The translations under genes and the position numbers were made by a program. Positions 19,079 to 29,749 of a stretch of DNA of 64,000 nt are shown here, in pieces. The stretch covers positions 192,001 through 256,000 of the forward strand of contig JAWAKK010000001.1 in NCBI GenBank assembly GCA_038887515.1, written 5' to 3'. This DNA is from Candidatus Nezhaarchaeales archaeon (GTDB lineage: Archaea > Thermoproteota > Methanomethylicia > Nezhaarchaeales > WYZ-LMO8). Positions within the stretch are counted from its first letter, which is position 1, and each line of letters begins with the position of its first letter. Below the pieces are notes generated by a model. The model ran no database searches. It was not told the origin of the DNA and was given only the letters and a program-made list of their open reading frames with translations.

Positions 19079-20680
19079 TCACTTAATGATCTTTGCCATG
19101 TACACGCCATCCTTCCTATACCCATGCTTAGCATAATATTCTTTAACACCTAGGGCTGATAGCACCAACAGCTTCTTTACATCATACTTGTCCCTTGCAA
19201 TCCTCTCAGCTTCTTGAAGCAACATAGATCCATAACCTCTGTGTTGCCAATCGCTCTTAGAGTCCTCTCCTACGGGGACTACGTTACCATAAACATGGAG
19301 GACCCTTATTATTGCTGATGACCTTTTAATAACTTCAGGTCTAAAAGCTTTATCTGATGGTATCCTAAGTCTAAGCAGCCCTATGAGTATGTCGTTTGCG
19401 ACGTCTTCGTAGGAGAGGAAGACTTCTATGCCGTCAGAAGCTTCGTACTCCTCGATCTTAAGTTTCACGTGGTCGAGATCAGGTTCAATACCCCTTTTAA
19501 GCCTTACATGCCCAACCTCCCTACATCTAATACAATTGCACTTTAAACCTTGAATTTCAAGTCTCCTAAGCACTATATTCCTAAGATCCCCCCTCTTGAC
19601 GCCGTCAACTATAAGTTGAACTGGAATATCACGTTGTATCCTCTGAATTCTAATCCATCGCGGAACTATCTTCTTTATTTCGACTATTATGTCGGCAGCT
19701 TCTTCCGAAGAATATGGCTTATAACTACCTTTAAGCCACATATCGTAAAGCTTTGTCCCCTTCAGTACCAAAGTTGGATATATCTTGATATTATCTGGCT
19801 TAAAGTTGGGATCGTTAAACACTATTCTAAACATTTCTAGGTCCCGCTTTGGGCTTGAACCTGGTAAGCCTAACATGAAGTGAGCTGTGACCTCGAAACC
19901 GCAGTCTTTAGCAACTCTAAATGCTTCGACAACGTCATTAACGGTGTGCCCCCTATTTATGATCTCGTATACGTCGTTGAACACCGTCTGAACGCCAAGC
20001 TCTACTCTAGTAAAGCCCATCTCCAATAGGTTGTTTGCTTGACCCACCTTAAACATGTCAGGACGAGTTTCTGCAGTTATACCAGAATTCCTTATGGGAG
20101 CCTTTTCGGCTATGAGCTTTGCTTCCTCTAGATCGGTAGATTCGACCCCGTTAATTGCATCTAGGCACCTCTTAACGAACCACCTCTGGTATTCAAGAGG
20201 TAAGTAAGTGAAGTTGCCTCCTAGAATTATGAGTTCAACTTTGTCGACCTTATGGCCTATTTCTTTTAACTGGTCGATTCTACTTTCAACCTGCATGTAT
20301 GGATCATAGTTCCACTCTCTAGCTCTCCTACCAGCGGGCTCTAACCCTGTGTAAGCTGAAGGTGTACCTAGCTCAGGTCCTCCAGGGCAATAAATGCATC
20401 GTCCGTGAGGGCATGGATGTGGCTTAACCATGACCGCTACCGGTATTATCCCACTCAGCGAGCGTACCTTCTTAATCCTTAGAAAATACTCGAGATACTC
20501 CCTGTAACCTAATGCTCTCAAGATATCAGAGTTCTTTGGAGGAGGGACCTCATACTTTTTCGATATAGTTATCTTAAGTTTATTTAGTTCGGAAGCATCG
20601 GCCGGAGGGTTTTCAGTTACCGCCTTCGCAATCTCTAAGCAAGCCTTCCTAAAGGTTTCGCTATTAACGTGCAATATCAT
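19079..20680 (-). CDS. elp3: tRNA uridine(34) acetyltransferase Elp3 (radical SAM + GNAT)
   Basis: CPHGRCIYCPGG, ETRPD, ELGVQ, KIYPTLV, RIQRDIP, CIRCRE, QHRGYG. Confidence 0.97.
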   Translation of the reverse strand: MILHVNSETFRKACLEIAKAVTENPPADASELNKLKITISKKYEVPPPKNSDILRALGYREYLEYFLRIKKVRSLSGIIPVAVMVKPHPCPHGRCIYCPGGPELGTPSAYTGLEPAGRRAREWNYDPYMQVESRIDQLKEIGHKVDKVELIILGGNFTYLPLEYQRWFVKRCLDAINGVESTDLEEAKLIAEKAPIRNSGITAETRPDMFKVGQANNLLEMGFTRVELGVQTVFNDVYEIINRGHTVNDVVEAFRVAKDCGFEVTAHFMLGLPGSSPKRDLEMFRIVFNDPNFKPDNIKIYPTLVLKGTKLYDMWLKGSYKPYSSEEAADIIVEIKKIVPRWIRIQRIQRDIPVQLIVDGVKRGDLRNIVLRRLEIQGLKCNCIRCREVGHVRLKRGIEPDLDHVKLKIEEYEASDGIEVFLSYEDVANDILIGLLRLRIPSDKAFRPEVIKRSSAIIRVLHVYGNVVPVGEDSKSDWQHRGYGSMLLQEAERIARDKYDVKKLLVLSALGVKEYYAKHGYRKDGVYMAKIIK

Positions 20681-20721
20681 TACTTAGTGGCCCCTCTCTA
20701 GATGTAGTGCTTATAGAATAG

Positions 20722-21606
20722 CTACAAGTACCTAATTATCAATTCGTCTACCACTTCGACTACTTCATTAAAATTCTTTGATATCATCCTAGATAAGATC
20801 TCGCTTGCTTTCCCTACAGCCCTTTCTCTAGTGTTGCTCCTATTAATGAAACCGCCTACGAACCAGAGTATGGAGTCTAAGTGGAGTGGCGGTATCTTAC
20901 ACTTCTCAGCTACGATCCCCCATGCTCTCTGGGCTTCTCTAGGCTTTTCGACTATAACTTTTACGATGTCGTGCCACTTCTTAAAGTTTGAGTCTATTAT
21001 GTCGACAATCCCCGATGTCCACGACAATTTAGCTATTCTAGAGTCTATAGGTATTGGTATATCGAAAGAGGCTGTAAGAGGCTTCTCGTAATAGGCTCTA
21101 TAGGCATAACAAATCATTTTTAATGAAAATACGACGGTCTTCGAGTTCCACTTCGACTTTAGGTTTGAGGCTAATGCTTTAGCGAAAGCGCGTAGGTCTT
21201 TCGCGTACTCTGTTATCTTCTGGGGGTCCAAGATGTTGGCTGTCAACGCTCTTAGAAGTCTTGACGTCTTGCTACTACGTAAAGCGACATTTATCTTGGA
21301 TTTTGAAAGGAAGTTGATAACGATCTTTATAGCTTCTATCAGGCTCTTTGGCTGGTTAAGCTTTGAAATGTAAAAAGCGAACTCATTCCAATAATCTTCA
21401 CCTCTCCCACTAAGTCTGTAGCTCACTAGGCTATTCAGTACTATAAGCGTTAGAGCTGTCCCGAAATCCATCTTACTCGTAATTAGCTTAATCGCTTGAA
21501 ACTGTGGATCGAGCTCTTCAACCCTCAATGCGCATTCTAGTCCCAAGGAACTTAACTTCTCAGCTACGACTTCCATTCTCTCATGATTGGACCTGATGAT
21601 CGCCAA
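20722..21606 (-). CDS. N-glycosylase/DNA lyase (archaeal 8-oxoguanine glycosylase, AGOG)
   Basis: EELDPQF, NSLVSYRL.G.GE.YW..F, KTVVFS.KM, IPIPID.R, PPLHLDS.LW. Confidence 0.9.
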   Translation of the reverse strand: MAIIRSNHERMEVVAEKLSSLGLECALRVEELDPQFQAIKLITSKMDFGTALTLIVLNSLVSYRLSGRGEDYWNEFAFYISKLNQPKSLIEAIKIVINFLSKSKINVALRSSKTSRLLRALTANILDPQKITEYAKDLRAFAKALASNLKSKWNSKTVVFSLKMICYAYRAYYEKPLTASFDIPIPIDSRIAKLSWTSGIVDIIDSNFKKWHDIVKVIVEKPREAQRAWGIVAEKCKIPPLHLDSILWFVGGFINRSNTRERAVGKASEILSRMISKNFNEVVEVVDELIIRYL

Positions 21607-21910
21607 GCGCGGACACCTTTGAGGTCGGTTTGCTTACTTTTTTACTTACTCCTCGTTAAAAATAAAGTTCAAGGCCTCTAACTTTAAGGCAAATTTCGCA
21701 GAGCCTCTTGATACGTCCAGCTATTAGTAGTGCTTAGATGCCAGCTTTTTCATGACATCGTCGGGACAGCTTCTAGGTTTAAGGATGAAAGCTCTAATAG
21801 CCGTCTCGGTTACGCATCTCATAGTTCTGTAACTTTTCATCATCCTATGAACCCGTTGAGACCTTAATAAACTGCGGGCGCCGGATTATAGAGATCTTAT
21901 GTAAGAGTTA

Positions 21911-22699
21911 CTATGTTATGATCATTGGGATAAGGCTTAGACAGCCAATTAATATACAGAAAAGCCAGGACTTTAGCTTTGATGCTACGTTCATTAGAGT
22001 GCCTATAGTTGCATAACCAACGACTGCCGAGACTAGGACCCCGATGGCAGCTGAGGGAATTAGTAAATATGCTTTATTGGTCAACAACAAATACGCTTCA
22101 GCCATAGCTATGACTGGGATGCTTAGTATAAAGCTAATTCTTACGGAATCCTTCGCACTATAACCTAGAAACAACATGGTTGCTATGGTCAATCCACTTC
22201 TGCTGAGCCCGGGCATGATAGAGAAAGCTTGAATAAGCCCTATAAGTATGGAATCAGGAATCTTAAGTCTCCTAAAAGTTCTCTCTTTCATTGCCAACTT
22301 CTGAATTAGACCAATTAGTATTAGGCATACGCCTATTAGAACCATGAACACCGTTAAGTTCGTACCCGCAAGCCAGCTTACTACTTGATATACAAAGAAA
22401 CCAACAACGCATGTAATTACTGTCGCTATTACTATAAACATTAAGAACTTGGAGTCATCGTTTATATCACCGCGAAGTGTAGGCAATAAGTTGTTAACAA
22501 GTCTCTTCAAATCCTTCCTGAAATATAACACAGCAGCCAAAAGGGTTCCTGCATGCAACCATATGGCTAAGTTCACTGCTTCGTTTGGACTAATCCCAAA
22601 GTGCAAAAGTATTAGAGAAATTATTCCTTGGCTAGAAACTGGAATCCACTCGGCTACCCCTTGGATTACGCCAAGTATGATAAGTAGTAGGACCTCCAA
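21911..22699 (-). CDS. uppP: Undecaprenyl/polyprenyl-diphosphate phosphatase (BacA/UppP family)
   Basis: QGVAEWIPVSS, H.GT..A, PGLSRSG.T, SF.LSIP. Confidence 0.9.
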   Translation of the reverse strand: MEVLLLIILGVIQGVAEWIPVSSQGIISLILLHFGISPNEAVNLAIWLHAGTLLAAVLYFRKDLKRLVNNLLPTLRGDINDDSKFLMFIVIATVITCVVGFFVYQVVSWLAGTNLTVFMVLIGVCLILIGLIQKLAMKERTFRRLKIPDSILIGLIQAFSIMPGLSRSGLTIATMLFLGYSAKDSVRISFILSIPVIAMAEAYLLLTNKAYLLIPSAAIGVLVSAVVGYATIGTLMNVASKLKSWLFCILIGCLSLIPMIIT

Positions 22700-22927
22700 A
22701 CTCTAGCCTCCGAGGACACGAGACAACACCATGCTTAAAATGTTTCTAAACGTTTTTAAGACGCTTTTAAAACCGTATCATGAAAATTGAGGGGCCATAA
22801 GAACTCTCCACCTTCTGATGATAAACCTTCGATATTCTAAAACCCTCAAGATTCTTCGATAAGCTATCCGTGCAAGCACGCTTTATAATCTAAGAACGAG
22901 CACACGGCTATTAAATGTAGCTAGCGC

Positions 22928-24481
22928 CTAACTTAGGGTCATGAACCCAAAGTCTAGTTCCTCGTCTTGAACGTAACTTTTCCGGAGTCTAACGGCAAGT
23001 TCGGCTTTGTAGAGTTCTCTGCCTAGGTATGCCGCATGGTCTAGAGTCGATATGAGACCTCTCTCTATTAACTCATCGCAGATATCGCTAGCGCTTGAAC
23101 CCTCGATGATGTATGAGGCTCTACCTGCCTTAATGTGCGATGCAACTATTATCCCTCTATCTTTATCTATAGTCACTTTAATGTAGCCTGCGGAATCTTG
23201 AGCTCTAGTCCCCCTTCTGCATGCCTTTATAACCTCGTTACACCCCTCTTTATGGGGCGGGATGGTTGTATCCCTTTTCTCTTTTAGGGCTAGGAGGTTA
23301 AAGCTAAGATCCTTCATGGCCTTACCTCTTATCTTCGAAAGCTTAGCCATTTTCGCTGCTAAGCAAAGCTCTCTCACACAACCTGACGTCTTATTGCTTG
23401 CTTCTGTAGTCAAAAGTAACGAAATTTCTAGCTCAGCCGCTATGGCCGCCATAAGACCATTAACTCCCACACTGTCTACGTCCATCAGCTCCGTGACGTT
23501 TCCAACCCCCATCATTAACGGTATTTCGGGTCTCCTCTTGGAAAACTCGTAGTATGCTACTAGAGACTCAAGAATACTCGACTGCAACGGGGGACTCAAT
23601 ATCGGATCTGCAATTACCTTCTTGAATCCCATGTTAAATGCAAGGTCTACGGCTTCTTCAAGGTTTTTTACTTTTTCACATATAGTTGACGGGTAGTACC
23701 CTTTCTTCACGTCTGTTGGCACCACTACTATGGCAACATCGCGCGGCAGCTCCTCAAGGTCTTGGAGGACCCCCTTATCCACACTTATTACGAGGTCTGC
23801 TCCTGCATCTACTGCAGCGGTTATCTCAACTGGGTTTAAGGAGTCTATACTTATGGGCCCTTCAATCTCGCTTTTAGCAATTTTGACTAACTTACGAACA
23901 GCATCGGGAAAGCACTCACCTGCAGTCATGCCTAAGTCTATGATGTCTGCTCCAGCACTTTTATATCGACGAGCCTCAGTGAGTACGTCGTCAACCGTCT
24001 TGTCTAAAGCCGAGGTTATCTCGGCAACAACCCTCAACGACCCCTTAGCTATAGGGACCCCGGCTATGTCGAATAAAGCTTTCTTTTTTTCTTCCTCCTC
24101 TATGTTCCTAAGTTGTACCTCGTCTTCTAACTTTTTACTTAATCTTAAGACTTTGCATGCAGGATCTAGCTTTGATAGCTCAACCTTACCCAACATTGAC
24201 AGCACGTACGGTAAATCAGCTGCGTGGATAGGACCCTTAAATGTCGGTATTCCTAGTTCCTTCTCTATCAACGATACATCCCCGCCAATAAGCCCTGGAG
24301 TCAATATAACGTCGAAGCCCTTGACCTTCTCCTCCTTCAACCTCCTTGCAATCTCGCGAGGGGGGATTAAAGCCGCAACTTCATGTGGCATAACGTAGAC
24401 TTCAAAGTCTACGCCAGACTTTGAGGCATACTCTTCGACGATCTTCGAAGCCGCTTTGCCAGTAACTAGTAGGACCTTCAT
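22928..24481 (-). CDS. Dihydropteroate synthase-like protein (MJ0107-type; pterin-binding barrel plus C-terminal DUF4346)
   Basis: LLVTG, KGP.HA.D, GADIIDLG, SIDS, DPIL, GVGNVTEL.D.DS.G.N, HAAYLGREL.KAE....YVQD; likely start ATG 24481. Confidence 0.9.
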   Translation of the reverse strand: MKVLLVTGKAASKIVEEYASKSGVDFEVYVMPHEVAALIPPREIARRLKEEKVKGFDVILTPGLIGGDVSLIEKELGIPTFKGPIHAADLPYVLSMLGKVELSKLDPACKVLRLSKKLEDEVQLRNIEEEEKKKALFDIAGVPIAKGSLRVVAEITSALDKTVDDVLTEARRYKSAGADIIDLGMTAGECFPDAVRKLVKIAKSEIEGPISIDSLNPVEITAAVDAGADLVISVDKGVLQDLEELPRDVAIVVVPTDVKKGYYPSTICEKVKNLEEAVDLAFNMGFKKVIADPILSPPLQSSILESLVAYYEFSKRRPEIPLMMGVGNVTELMDVDSVGVNGLMAAIAAELEISLLLTTEASNKTSGCVRELCLAAKMAKLSKIRGKAMKDLSFNLLALKEKRDTTIPPHKEGCNEVIKACRRGTRAQDSAGYIKVTIDKDRGIIVASHIKAGRASYIIEGSSASDICDELIERGLISTLDHAAYLGRELYKAELAVRLRKSYVQDEELDFGFMTLS

Positions 24482-24539
24482 GTCCCTCAAAAAGCAAGAG
24501 ACATTAAGCGTCAATTAAAAATTGCTTTAAACGAGAAGT

Positions 24540-24594
24540 TAGTCAGCACGTGCACTTCTCATCACTCATCAGGACCGTGGAGGCTCATCACGAC
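24540..24594 (-). ncRNA. Box C/D 2'-O-methylation guide sRNA
   Basis: Minus strand reads GTGATGA(C) gcctccacggtc CTGA(D') tga GTGATGA(C') gaagtgcacgtg CTGA(D). All four boxes match consensus, with two 12-nt guides and a TTTAAAA element about 20 nt upstream. Core is 24543-24591. Confidence 0.88.
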
Positions 24595-24835
24595 ACGAAC
24601 GCTTATTAAAGTTTTAAACTGCTACTTTAATTTTTTACAACAATTTAAAACTAGATGCTATTGATGAACCGAGGCTCCAAAGCCAATGGTTAAAAGCGTT
24701 ACAGGAAAAGGCTACGGTTGCCGCAGAATATCATGGACTTCTCAGCTTCTTAGAGGTTTAGGAAAAGATAAGTTATGAATAGCATCTCAAGCTAAAAGAA
24801 TTTTAAGGTCCCCCTCAACCATAGGGCTGAGAAGA

Positions 24836-25555
24836 ATGCCCGACAACGTCGTAGTGGTGGATGACGTACACAAGGCCTATAGGGTAGGGGAAGTCACAAC
24901 ATGGGCTCTAAGAGGTGTATCTATCAAAGTCGAGAGGGGCGACATGATATCGATTATGGGACCTTCTGGTTCAGGAAAATCTACACTTTTAAACATGATA
25001 GGTTTACTCGATAGACCAACAAAGGGTAAAGTCTACATTGATGGAGTGGACACGAGCAAGTTGGGTGATCGTGAGCTCGCAAGCTTCAGGAACTACAAGA
25101 TAGGCTTCGTTTTCCAACAATTTAACTTGGTCGGCAGACTTACAGTCCTCGAGAACATAGAACTCCCACTAATAGCAAGAGGACTACCAAGACCTGTCAG
25201 GGTAAAGATGGTCACCGAGGCCCTGCACAGGGTGGGTGGCGACGAGAGCTGGCTAGTTAAAAGGCCTACGCAGTTATCCGGTGGTCAACAACAGAGAGTC
25301 GCAATTGCGAGGGCCATAGTTACTTCGCCCTCAATAATACTCGCGGACGAGCCTACCGGGAACTTAGATAGAACATCAGCAAAGGTAGTCATGAACACCT
25401 TCCTCAAACTAAATAAAGCCGGTCAGACCATAATAGTGGTGACGCACGATCCAGAGGTTGCCAACTGCACAAATAGGATATACGTTATTAGGAATGGAGT
25501 TATCGTCGACATTAAGGAGCCGGACAGAAGCCACAATATACTAGTTAGTGTATGA
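24836..25555 (+). CDS. ABC transporter ATP-binding protein (LolD/MacB-type)
   Basis: GPSGSGKST, FVFQQFNL, LSGGQQQRVAIARA, ADEPTGNLD, VTHD. Confidence 0.95.
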   Translation: MPDNVVVVDDVHKAYRVGEVTTWALRGVSIKVERGDMISIMGPSGSGKSTLLNMIGLLDRPTKGKVYIDGVDTSKLGDRELASFRNYKIGFVFQQFNLVGRLTVLENIELPLIARGLPRPVRVKMVTEALHRVGGDESWLVKRPTQLSGGQQQRVAIARAIVTSPSIILADEPTGNLDRTSAKVVMNTFLKLNKAGQTIIVVTHDPEVANCTNRIYVIRNGVIVDIKEPDRSHNILVSV

Positions 25556-25647
25556 CGCGATTTACTTTTCTAGGTAGCTCGTTTACCGACATATTTATGA
25601 GAAAATTTGTAAGATAATCGTGTAGGATTTAAGGGAGGAAAGAGATA

Positions 25648-28509
25648 TTGACTCGCAAAGTTACATTCACCGTATCGATTTTAGCCTTAGCGTTCATGAT
25701 TGTCACCCTCGTCATATCTTTAGCCCAGTCTAGTAGCTTCGAAGTGTTGTCAACGTCTTTCAAGTCTTCTGCCGGTATGGATGTTTATCCCGGAAGTCGG
25801 AGAGCTTACTTGAGAATAGATGTACAGTATCACGGAACTGAAGACGCTTACTCTGTCACTGGCTACCTCAAGGATCTACCGCCTGGAATATCTCCTAGCT
25901 TCGGTTACGGCTTAACTTCACCAGCTAGGGACCCTAATGGAACAACCAAGATTAGCATATCTCAAGGAGACATTTTCTACTTCGACTTTTATCTTGATGT
26001 TAATAAAGGAGTAGAGCCCGATACCTACGACCTTACCTTAATTGTGAGCTACAAAATTGGAACTGAAACCAAATCCGAGAACTTCAGAGTAAGTATAGCT
26101 ATAGCACCATACCCTGAGCTAAGGATCATAGCAGTAGATGTTTCATGGAACCCTGGGGCTTACCCAAGAACAATAGATGCGTCTCTAAGGGTAACTATTA
26201 GGAACGTAGGCACGTCAGATCTAAGAAATGCTGTAGCCAAGCTTTTACTTCCAGAGGGCTTTAGACCGAGAGAGCTGAGCACTCAAGTAAACCCTATAGT
26301 TGCTGGTGACCAGGCTTTAATTCAATTTAACGATATAGACATTGATGTGGGACAAGGTAGCTATACCGCGATCATAGATATTAACGGCACGGCTCAGACC
26401 CCCGATGGTGTAACCTACAATGCATCGGCATCAATATCGATATCAATAAAGGTAGAGGCTGTAGCCAGCGAACTTTACGTCATAAAACCCCTATCTGCTC
26501 AATGGGGTGAGGCTCAACCACGTCCTTCATATCCCGGTTCGAGGTATGTCCCCCTTACAATAACCCTAATAAATGGAGGCGAGTACGACGCTCTTGGCCT
26601 CATTGTTAGAACCTCCTCTCAGTACCTAAAGCCCATAAAGGCTGAAGATACGTATCCGGCTAGGATTTATCCTGGAGACTCTTGCAGCTTAACTTTCTAC
26701 TTCGACGTTGCAACATACGCATATGAGAAATTTAACTTAGTATTGGACATGGAGTATTGGGTTGATATAGGCGGGGGTACTTTAGTCCGAGTATCTTCGA
26801 GACAGCATATTCAAGTATTTGTGGAAGAATACGTAGGTACCCAAGGCGAAGGCATTTACGTAGTTTCGACAGGCTGGCTAAACAATTACAACGTCTTCCC
26901 TAACACCGACAACGCTACATACCAAGTAGTTATAGCCAACAGGCTTCCATTTCAGCTAAGAGGCATAAAGGCCTCGCTTACATTACCGTTAGGATTTAGA
27001 GGTGACATGGGGTCTATTGCAACAGCGTACTTTGACGGACCCTTAACAAGTTACTCGTCGGCAGCTCTCCCCTTCAGGGTCTCGGTGGGCAACGTCAAGC
27101 CGGGATTGTATGAGGCAACTTTGACTGTAGATTACATAGCCGAGTCTGGCGGTCCTGGAACTAGGAAAGTAGAACATTTTAATGTTAAAATGAGGGTTAT
27201 AGATGATAAAGACGCAATAGAGTTAATAAGCGCTACGTGGCTTGCTTCAGCCGTCGAGCCTAGAACTTACGGAGCCGTCCTCAGAGTTGACTTGCGTAAC
27301 AATTACATAGACTCAATGAATGGTGTAATCTTAGAGATTAACTTACCGCGCGGCTTCTTCAGTGCCATCGACAACTCTTCGAAGATTAAAATAGCTTCGA
27401 CGTCACCTGAGATAGTGCAGGTAGCTCAGAACTTACCTCAAAGCATAGAGGCGCTCATATCTATCATTAGGGCTACGGCCATATCGCCACAACAATCACA
27501 GCAATACCCTCGAGGAAGCACTATATCGTTTTTAGTACCTCTGAACGTACTCGTCAATTCTACGGGGATCTATAAAGCTACGGGTACCGTAAGTTACATA
27601 GATTCTTGGGGTTGCAGGAGGGAGTGTAAAGTAGAAGTACCATTAACCGTCCTCGGCTCGGCTAGGTACGTAGACGTTAAGCTTCTAGGATCTATGAGCA
27701 TAAAAAGTAGGTATACGAACATGACCTTAGTACTTCAAAACCTAGGCAGCTCACCTGCATACAACGTCTACTTGACCATAAGGGCTACTCAAAGCGCTCT
27801 AGGTACCAGCGCTCCACTCTTAATCGCAACGCCCTCCACGATATATCTTGATATGCTTGAAGCTAACGCCACGACGAGCATACCAATGGTTTTCGCTTTT
27901 AACCCCTTGGGTTATCAAAGCGTTATGGGTGCAACAACCGTAGTGAATTACGGTGTAGCCCCTCTAATGGTATCTATCTCTTACAAGGACGCTAACGGCT
28001 ACTCTCATAACTTCGACGTTACTGTAGCTGTCGCCTTAGAACCCTTCATAGACGTAGTCGTAAGGGACTTAAAGGCCGAAGCATCCCAAGGAGCACTCGA
28101 AGTTAGCGGCACTCTAATAAACTATGGTTCGGCCACGGCGTATAGGCTTGAAGTTGGTGCTCGTGCCGGAAGTTCATCGTCCAGCTCGTTTATAGGAGAC
28201 CTAGAACCTGGATCTCAAACGGCGTTTAGAATCAGGATGCAAGTTCCGGAAAACGTGAGCGATTACGTTAAACTTACCATAAGCTACTACAATATATTTA
28301 ATGAGTACGATAAGCGGGAGCTTAACGTCACGATCACACGCATACAACCCAAAGTAGAGGAGAAGCCTGTAGCCGAGGCTCCTATTCCATTTTACGGCCT
28401 ATTAATGATAGTTTTAGTGATAATATTCTTGGCGCTAGTCGGGATACTAGTCTACAGACTTTATAGGTCCCACATGCGAAGGCTTCGCAGTGGGGTATCC
28501 ACTCAATGA
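25648..28509 (+). CDS. Large extracellular COG1361/S-layer-domain (repeated Ig-like) protein with N-terminal signal and C-terminal TM anchor
   Basis: Repeated YPG....L.V.I.N.G....V...L.LP.GF and GDLEPG units; C-terminal hydrophobic helix plus basic tail; lies between the ABC ATPase and permease. Confidence 0.8.
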   Translation: MTRKVTFTVSILALAFMIVTLVISLAQSSSFEVLSTSFKSSAGMDVYPGSRRAYLRIDVQYHGTEDAYSVTGYLKDLPPGISPSFGYGLTSPARDPNGTTKISISQGDIFYFDFYLDVNKGVEPDTYDLTLIVSYKIGTETKSENFRVSIAIAPYPELRIIAVDVSWNPGAYPRTIDASLRVTIRNVGTSDLRNAVAKLLLPEGFRPRELSTQVNPIVAGDQALIQFNDIDIDVGQGSYTAIIDINGTAQTPDGVTYNASASISISIKVEAVASELYVIKPLSAQWGEAQPRPSYPGSRYVPLTITLINGGEYDALGLIVRTSSQYLKPIKAEDTYPARIYPGDSCSLTFYFDVATYAYEKFNLVLDMEYWVDIGGGTLVRVSSRQHIQVFVEEYVGTQGEGIYVVSTGWLNNYNVFPNTDNATYQVVIANRLPFQLRGIKASLTLPLGFRGDMGSIATAYFDGPLTSYSSAALPFRVSVGNVKPGLYEATLTVDYIAESGGPGTRKVEHFNVKMRVIDDKDAIELISATWLASAVEPRTYGAVLRVDLRNNYIDSMNGVILEINLPRGFFSAIDNSSKIKIASTSPEIVQVAQNLPQSIEALISIIRATAISPQQSQQYPRGSTISFLVPLNVLVNSTGIYKATGTVSYIDSWGCRRECKVEVPLTVLGSARYVDVKLLGSMSIKSRYTNMTLVLQNLGSSPAYNVYLTIRATQSALGTSAPLLIATPSTIYLDMLEANATTSIPMVFAFNPLGYQSVMGATTVVNYGVAPLMVSISYKDANGYSHNFDVTVAVALEPFIDVVVRDLKAEASQGALEVSGTLINYGSATAYRLEVGARAGSSSSSSFIGDLEPGSQTAFRIRMQVPENVSDYVKLTISYYNIFNEYDKRELNVTITRIQPKVEEKPVAEAPIPFYGLLMIVLVIIFLALVGILVYRLYRSHMRRLRSGVSTQ

Positions 28510-29738
28510 GACTCTCGACATTATTGTTCATAGTTGATGCATTTAGGCTCTCTTTCAAGGTGATTAAAGAGAGGAAATTAAGGGCGACGCTAACGATGTT
28601 GGGAATAATGATGGGTCCCTTAGTCATGATAATGATGGGTTCTGTAGTCGCTGGCTACTCAAATTATATAGTAAATCAGATAGCATCGTTAGGACAAAAC
28701 ACCATAATAATATACCCTTCGTCGGATTACAAGCTAACACAAGATGACCTAAACTATGTAAGGTCATTCCCATACGTCGAGGAGGCCGAGCCCTTCTACG
28801 CAACCCAAGGAGTTATGAAGAGGGGTGGAGAAAACATTCAAGTATACGTATACGCCGTTAAGCTCTCGCTAGTACTAAAGTCCATAGGTGGCCTCGAAAT
28901 ATTGGAGGGAAATAAACCTTCGGAAAGCGACGTTCTTGCAGCTCTTGTAGGTTACAAGGTGGCCTTCGATGAAGAAGGCAATAAGTTATACAATGTAGGC
29001 GACGTCATAACGTTGACGACAAGTGAAGTTAAAGGTGGGCGGATCGTTAAGACAAGGAACATAAATGTCGTAACTGCTGGAATCCTTAAGGAATATGGTG
29101 GTGCACTACTGTTTAGTCCTGACCAGACTATTTTTCTGAATGTTGAGGCTGGGAAAAAACTGCTAAGCATTAATGATTGGTCTGGAATATTTATTATGCT
29201 TAAGGACTCCATTTATGTTAATGATTTCACGAAATCCCTTAGAGACGTATACGGCAATAGACTTACAGTAATAGCATTTGGAGCTATAGCAAAGATAGCA
29301 TCTAGCGTGACGGCAGCAATCTCATTCATAAATTTTACAACCTCACTTTCCGCATTAGCAGTTGCAATTGCTGGAATTACTGCAACGATGGTCACATCAG
29401 TTATAGAGAGAACTAGAGAAATAGGAGTTATGAAGGCCGTAGGTTTTACTAACATTCAAGTAGTGCTAATGATTTTAGCAGAGTCTCTTGCTATAAGCCT
29501 AATAGGTGGGTTGATTGGAGTAATCTTAGGTATTATTGGAGCCTACGCGCTTGCATCACAAGGTCTAGAGATTGCTGGCGAAACTACATCACTTGTTATA
29601 AAGGCTCAGCCAGCGTTAACTCCTGACTTATTCTTGTTAACGCTAGGGTTAACAGTCCTCGTAGGCATAATTGGTGGTTTACTGCCTGCATATATGGCCT
29701 CCAAGATACCGCCAGCCGTAGCGTTGCGTTACGAGTAA
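28506..29738 (+). CDS. ABC transporter permease (MacB/FtsX-like)
   Basis: R.LR..LT.LGI, SVIERTREIGVMKAVG, PAY.AS...P..ALRYE; ATGA overlap with the upstream gene. Confidence 0.93.
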   Translation: MRLSTLLFIVDAFRLSFKVIKERKLRATLTMLGIMMGPLVMIMMGSVVAGYSNYIVNQIASLGQNTIIIYPSSDYKLTQDDLNYVRSFPYVEEAEPFYATQGVMKRGGENIQVYVYAVKLSLVLKSIGGLEILEGNKPSESDVLAALVGYKVAFDEEGNKLYNVGDVITLTTSEVKGGRIVKTRNINVVTAGILKEYGGALLFSPDQTIFLNVEAGKKLLSINDWSGIFIMLKDSIYVNDFTKSLRDVYGNRLTVIAFGAIAKIASSVTAAISFINFTTSLSALAVAIAGITATMVTSVIERTREIGVMKAVGFTNIQVVLMILAESLAISLIGGLIGVILGIIGAYALASQGLEIAGETTSLVIKAQPALTPDLFLLTLGLTVLVGIIGGLLPAYMASKIPPAVALRYE

Positions 29739-29749
29739 ACATGCCACCA

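Noticed and set aside
21781-21846. Third box C/D sRNA candidate (minus strand ATGATGA about 20 nt after TTTATTAA)
   Set aside because: Good C box and promoter spacing, but no CTGA D box at the expected distance and a poor C' box.
23730-24398. 222-aa plus-strand ORF
   Set aside because: Antisense shadow of the DHPS-like gene, Ser/Thr-rich and without motifs. The same applies to the many other short antisense ORFs in the track.
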